From Fistulifera solaris (Eukaryota), in contig AP026148.1 in NCBI GenBank assembly GCA_030295235.1, forward strand, positions 682,001-746,000: DNA of 64,000 bases. Direction: 5' to 3'. The notes below the pieces were generated by a model. The model saw only the letters and a list, made by a program, of their open reading frames with translations, was not told where the DNA came from and made no database searches. Below, piece by piece: positions 61,907 to 64,000 of the stretch (position 1 is the first letter of the stretch; the number at the start of each line of letters is the position of its first letter). A program made the position numbers and the translations under genes.

Positions 61907-62665
61907 ATGGAAAATACAAAGGAAGGCGTTGTTTTGAAAGAATTGGGCTGGTTAAATTCATCCAAGCTGGAAAAGCTAGAAGAATGGCCTCCAGAGGAAA
62001 TTCTGGCCGCTGCCCTGAGCGACGACACGTCCACAGGGCATTTACAACAAGGTGCACGTAATGCTTTGTTACAGAAATATGGATACAAAAGCTGGGAGTC
62101 GCTGATATCACGCGCCTTTGACAAGCAAAAGGAGGTACCCGATGAACTGATCGAGTTGTTGACGACAGGCAAAAGTAATCAGCGACCGTTGCAATGGGCT
62201 TTGATGGATTGTATGCCGGGCTGTCAATTTCGACTGCACGCTCATCCCAACATTGAGCTCGTCTACTGCATGGAAGGCGCTTTACACGAGATTCGAATGG
62301 ACGGCTTACCATTTACTAAATCATTCGATTCGGACGGCGCTGGCGAAGGAATATTGATCGGACCGTCTGTCACGCAGTTGCAACGACCGTGGAAGTTTGG
62401 CACGTTACAAAAAGGAACATGGCTGGTCAACGAAGTCGGGAGCATACATAAATCATTCACGGCATCCAACTGCGGTTGTAAATTACTCGTTTTGTGGGGC
62501 GGGTCACACGCCAACATTCCCGAAGAACCCTCTATGATTTCCGAAGCAGTTCGCTCCATGGACGAAAAAGTGTGCGCTTGTCATGCGGGGGAAATGATTT
62601 CGGAGACATTTCTTCCCAACTCGGAGAGAAACAAACGTGGGAGTGAAGAGAAAATGAAAGGATGA
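61907..62665 (+). CDS. Cupin-fold protein (ChrR-like cupin)
   Basis: PGCQFRLHAHPNIELVYCMEG and WLVNEVGSIHKSFT..GCKLLVLWGG. Confidence 0.8.
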   Translation: MENTKEGVVLKELGWLNSSKLEKLEEWPPEEILAAALSDDTSTGHLQQGARNALLQKYGYKSWESLISRAFDKQKEVPDELIELLTTGKSNQRPLQWALMDCMPGCQFRLHAHPNIELVYCMEGALHEIRMDGLPFTKSFDSDGAGEGILIGPSVTQLQRPWKFGTLQKGTWLVNEVGSIHKSFTASNCGCKLLVLWGGSHANIPEEPSMISEAVRSMDEKVCACHAGEMISETFLPNSERNKRGSEEKMKG

Positions 62666-63439
62666 CGACGAAGGAGGAAAGCGATGGTGACTATTTGGCG
62701 CCTAAGCGGAGCTTTTTCTGTGCCATGCGGAATGCGGATACCGCCAAGGATACTGCGTGTGGAGATGTGAAATGTGAAGATGCAAGACAAGGCAAGGAAA
62801 GAGGAAAGGCAAGGAGCAAGGAGCAAGGATGCTGTTCTTCCTCTCATCGTCCTATTTACAAGAATGAAATTGGAAAACCTGGCCAGCTCATTGGTCCTAG
62901 GTCATAGTTCACACTCCATAGTACGTGAAAGAGAGTCGGTGGTGTCTTGTTCTTAGAAACGGCACTGAAGGAACTGAAGTTTGTACAGCTGTTTGCTTCC
63001 GGTCACTGACATATGTAAATTTCGTAGAAAATGTACCGGATAGTACAAAATCTACGTGCCATTTTCGCGTACGAGCTAAGTCTACTTCACGAAAACCTAT
63101 GATTTGACTGAAAAAGCATCTTTTTCAGAAAATAAATTTGATCATACTGACACTAATCATATTTGACAGCAATTTCTTGTCATCAATTCTTTTTAAACCT
63201 ACCTTTTTTTGAACAAATGGTCGGTTTCATTTCAGTCCCGGGTCAGTCACGCATCGTCACACGACCGACAGGCACGCACCGTTTCGCGCAAAATCTCGCT
63301 CCCTTCTTGCAACTTGCAACATGCCCTCATTACCATTCTTGTTCATGTTGCTGCATCTTAAAGCGAATTTCTTGATAAAGTAAGTTGAAATTACATGAAA
63401 TTAGTACTCTGCCATGAGCGCTGAAGCGATCCAGCGCTG

Positions 63440-63740
63440 TTTAGTCTGTTTCATCCTCTATTTCGCCCTCTGACGGCAACTTGTCCATATCGTCACTTCC
63501 GTCTTCATCATCGATTTCATGATTGGAACGGCTTTCTTCAACAATGATCGTGTCAATTTTGTTGAACCAAGCTCTCTTTGAGTGCTAGGTGATGATCTTT
63601 CAAGGTCTGAAGGAAATGCTCTCCACAAATCCATTTGTCTTGATAGCCCGCGAGTCATCACTGCACACAAACGTGTGCCAATTTTCACCGACAGTTTTAA
63701 GAACCGAAATGTTGCGAGTCAGGCACGATATATATACCAA
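63440..63740 (-). pseudogene. Degenerate coding remnant with acidic C-terminus
   Basis: Frame reads VLKTVGENWHTFVCSDD..FRP*KIIT*HSKRAWFNKID..DDEDGSDD..ETD*, with two internal stops. Confidence 0.35.
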
Positions 63741-64000
63741 TCGACGCTAAATAAAAAAAAGGAACAATATGTGTGTTGATCGTGCCTGACTAAAGCAGTC
63801 TGCAAGTGTTATTAGCAATGTAATGATAGGATCGGCATTCTCGAAAACAACACGAGATTTGTCGCGATGGCAGTAGGGCGGAGGAGTAGTCGGACCGCGA
63901 CTCAACTCCGTTGTGGTAGGCTTCTACGGAGCCTACATGAAGTCTGGGCCATTATGCAAACAGCTGTACGAATAAGAAGGAAATTGGAAAACCTGGCCAG

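Overview
Gene-dense eukaryotic nuclear DNA, most likely from a diatom. Evidence: short GT-AG introns, bipartite plastid-targeting presequences, a Thalassiosira-type Δ6 elongase and domains typical of diatoms. About 25 protein genes can be recognised: a JmjC/cupin oxygenase, a SAM methyltransferase, TMEM184, a PPTase, a carotenoid cleavage oxygenase, USP22-like and USP48-like deubiquitinases, an RNF5/185-type E3 ligase, two DEAD-box helicases, a GMC oxidoreductase, a mitochondrial carrier, an S28 peptidase, MetAP1, an ELO elongase, an ADA1-like protein, SDHAF3, a folate-receptor-like protein, a globin, a 7TM receptor, a GT11-like enzyme and a cupin. Many genes carry single-base frameshifts in homopolymer runs, which are probably long-read assembly errors, so coordinates of split genes are approximate. 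Main findings: (1) a complete 5.3-kb piggyBac-like transposon with an intron-containing transposase, inserted at CTAG rather than TTAA, with extra ORFs; (2) a circularly permuted folate receptor; (3) a JmjC-type Fe/2OG enzyme with H-x-A instead of H-x-D, the halogenase-type signature; (4) an 81-bp hairpin element in two near-identical copies upstream of genes; (5) a 21-bp motif recurring in promoter regions; (6) a decaying accessory island (minisatellite, CER1/3-like pseudogene, GMC oxidase next to two broken copies of a Cys-rich secreted protein). No tRNA, rRNA or CRISPR array was recognised.
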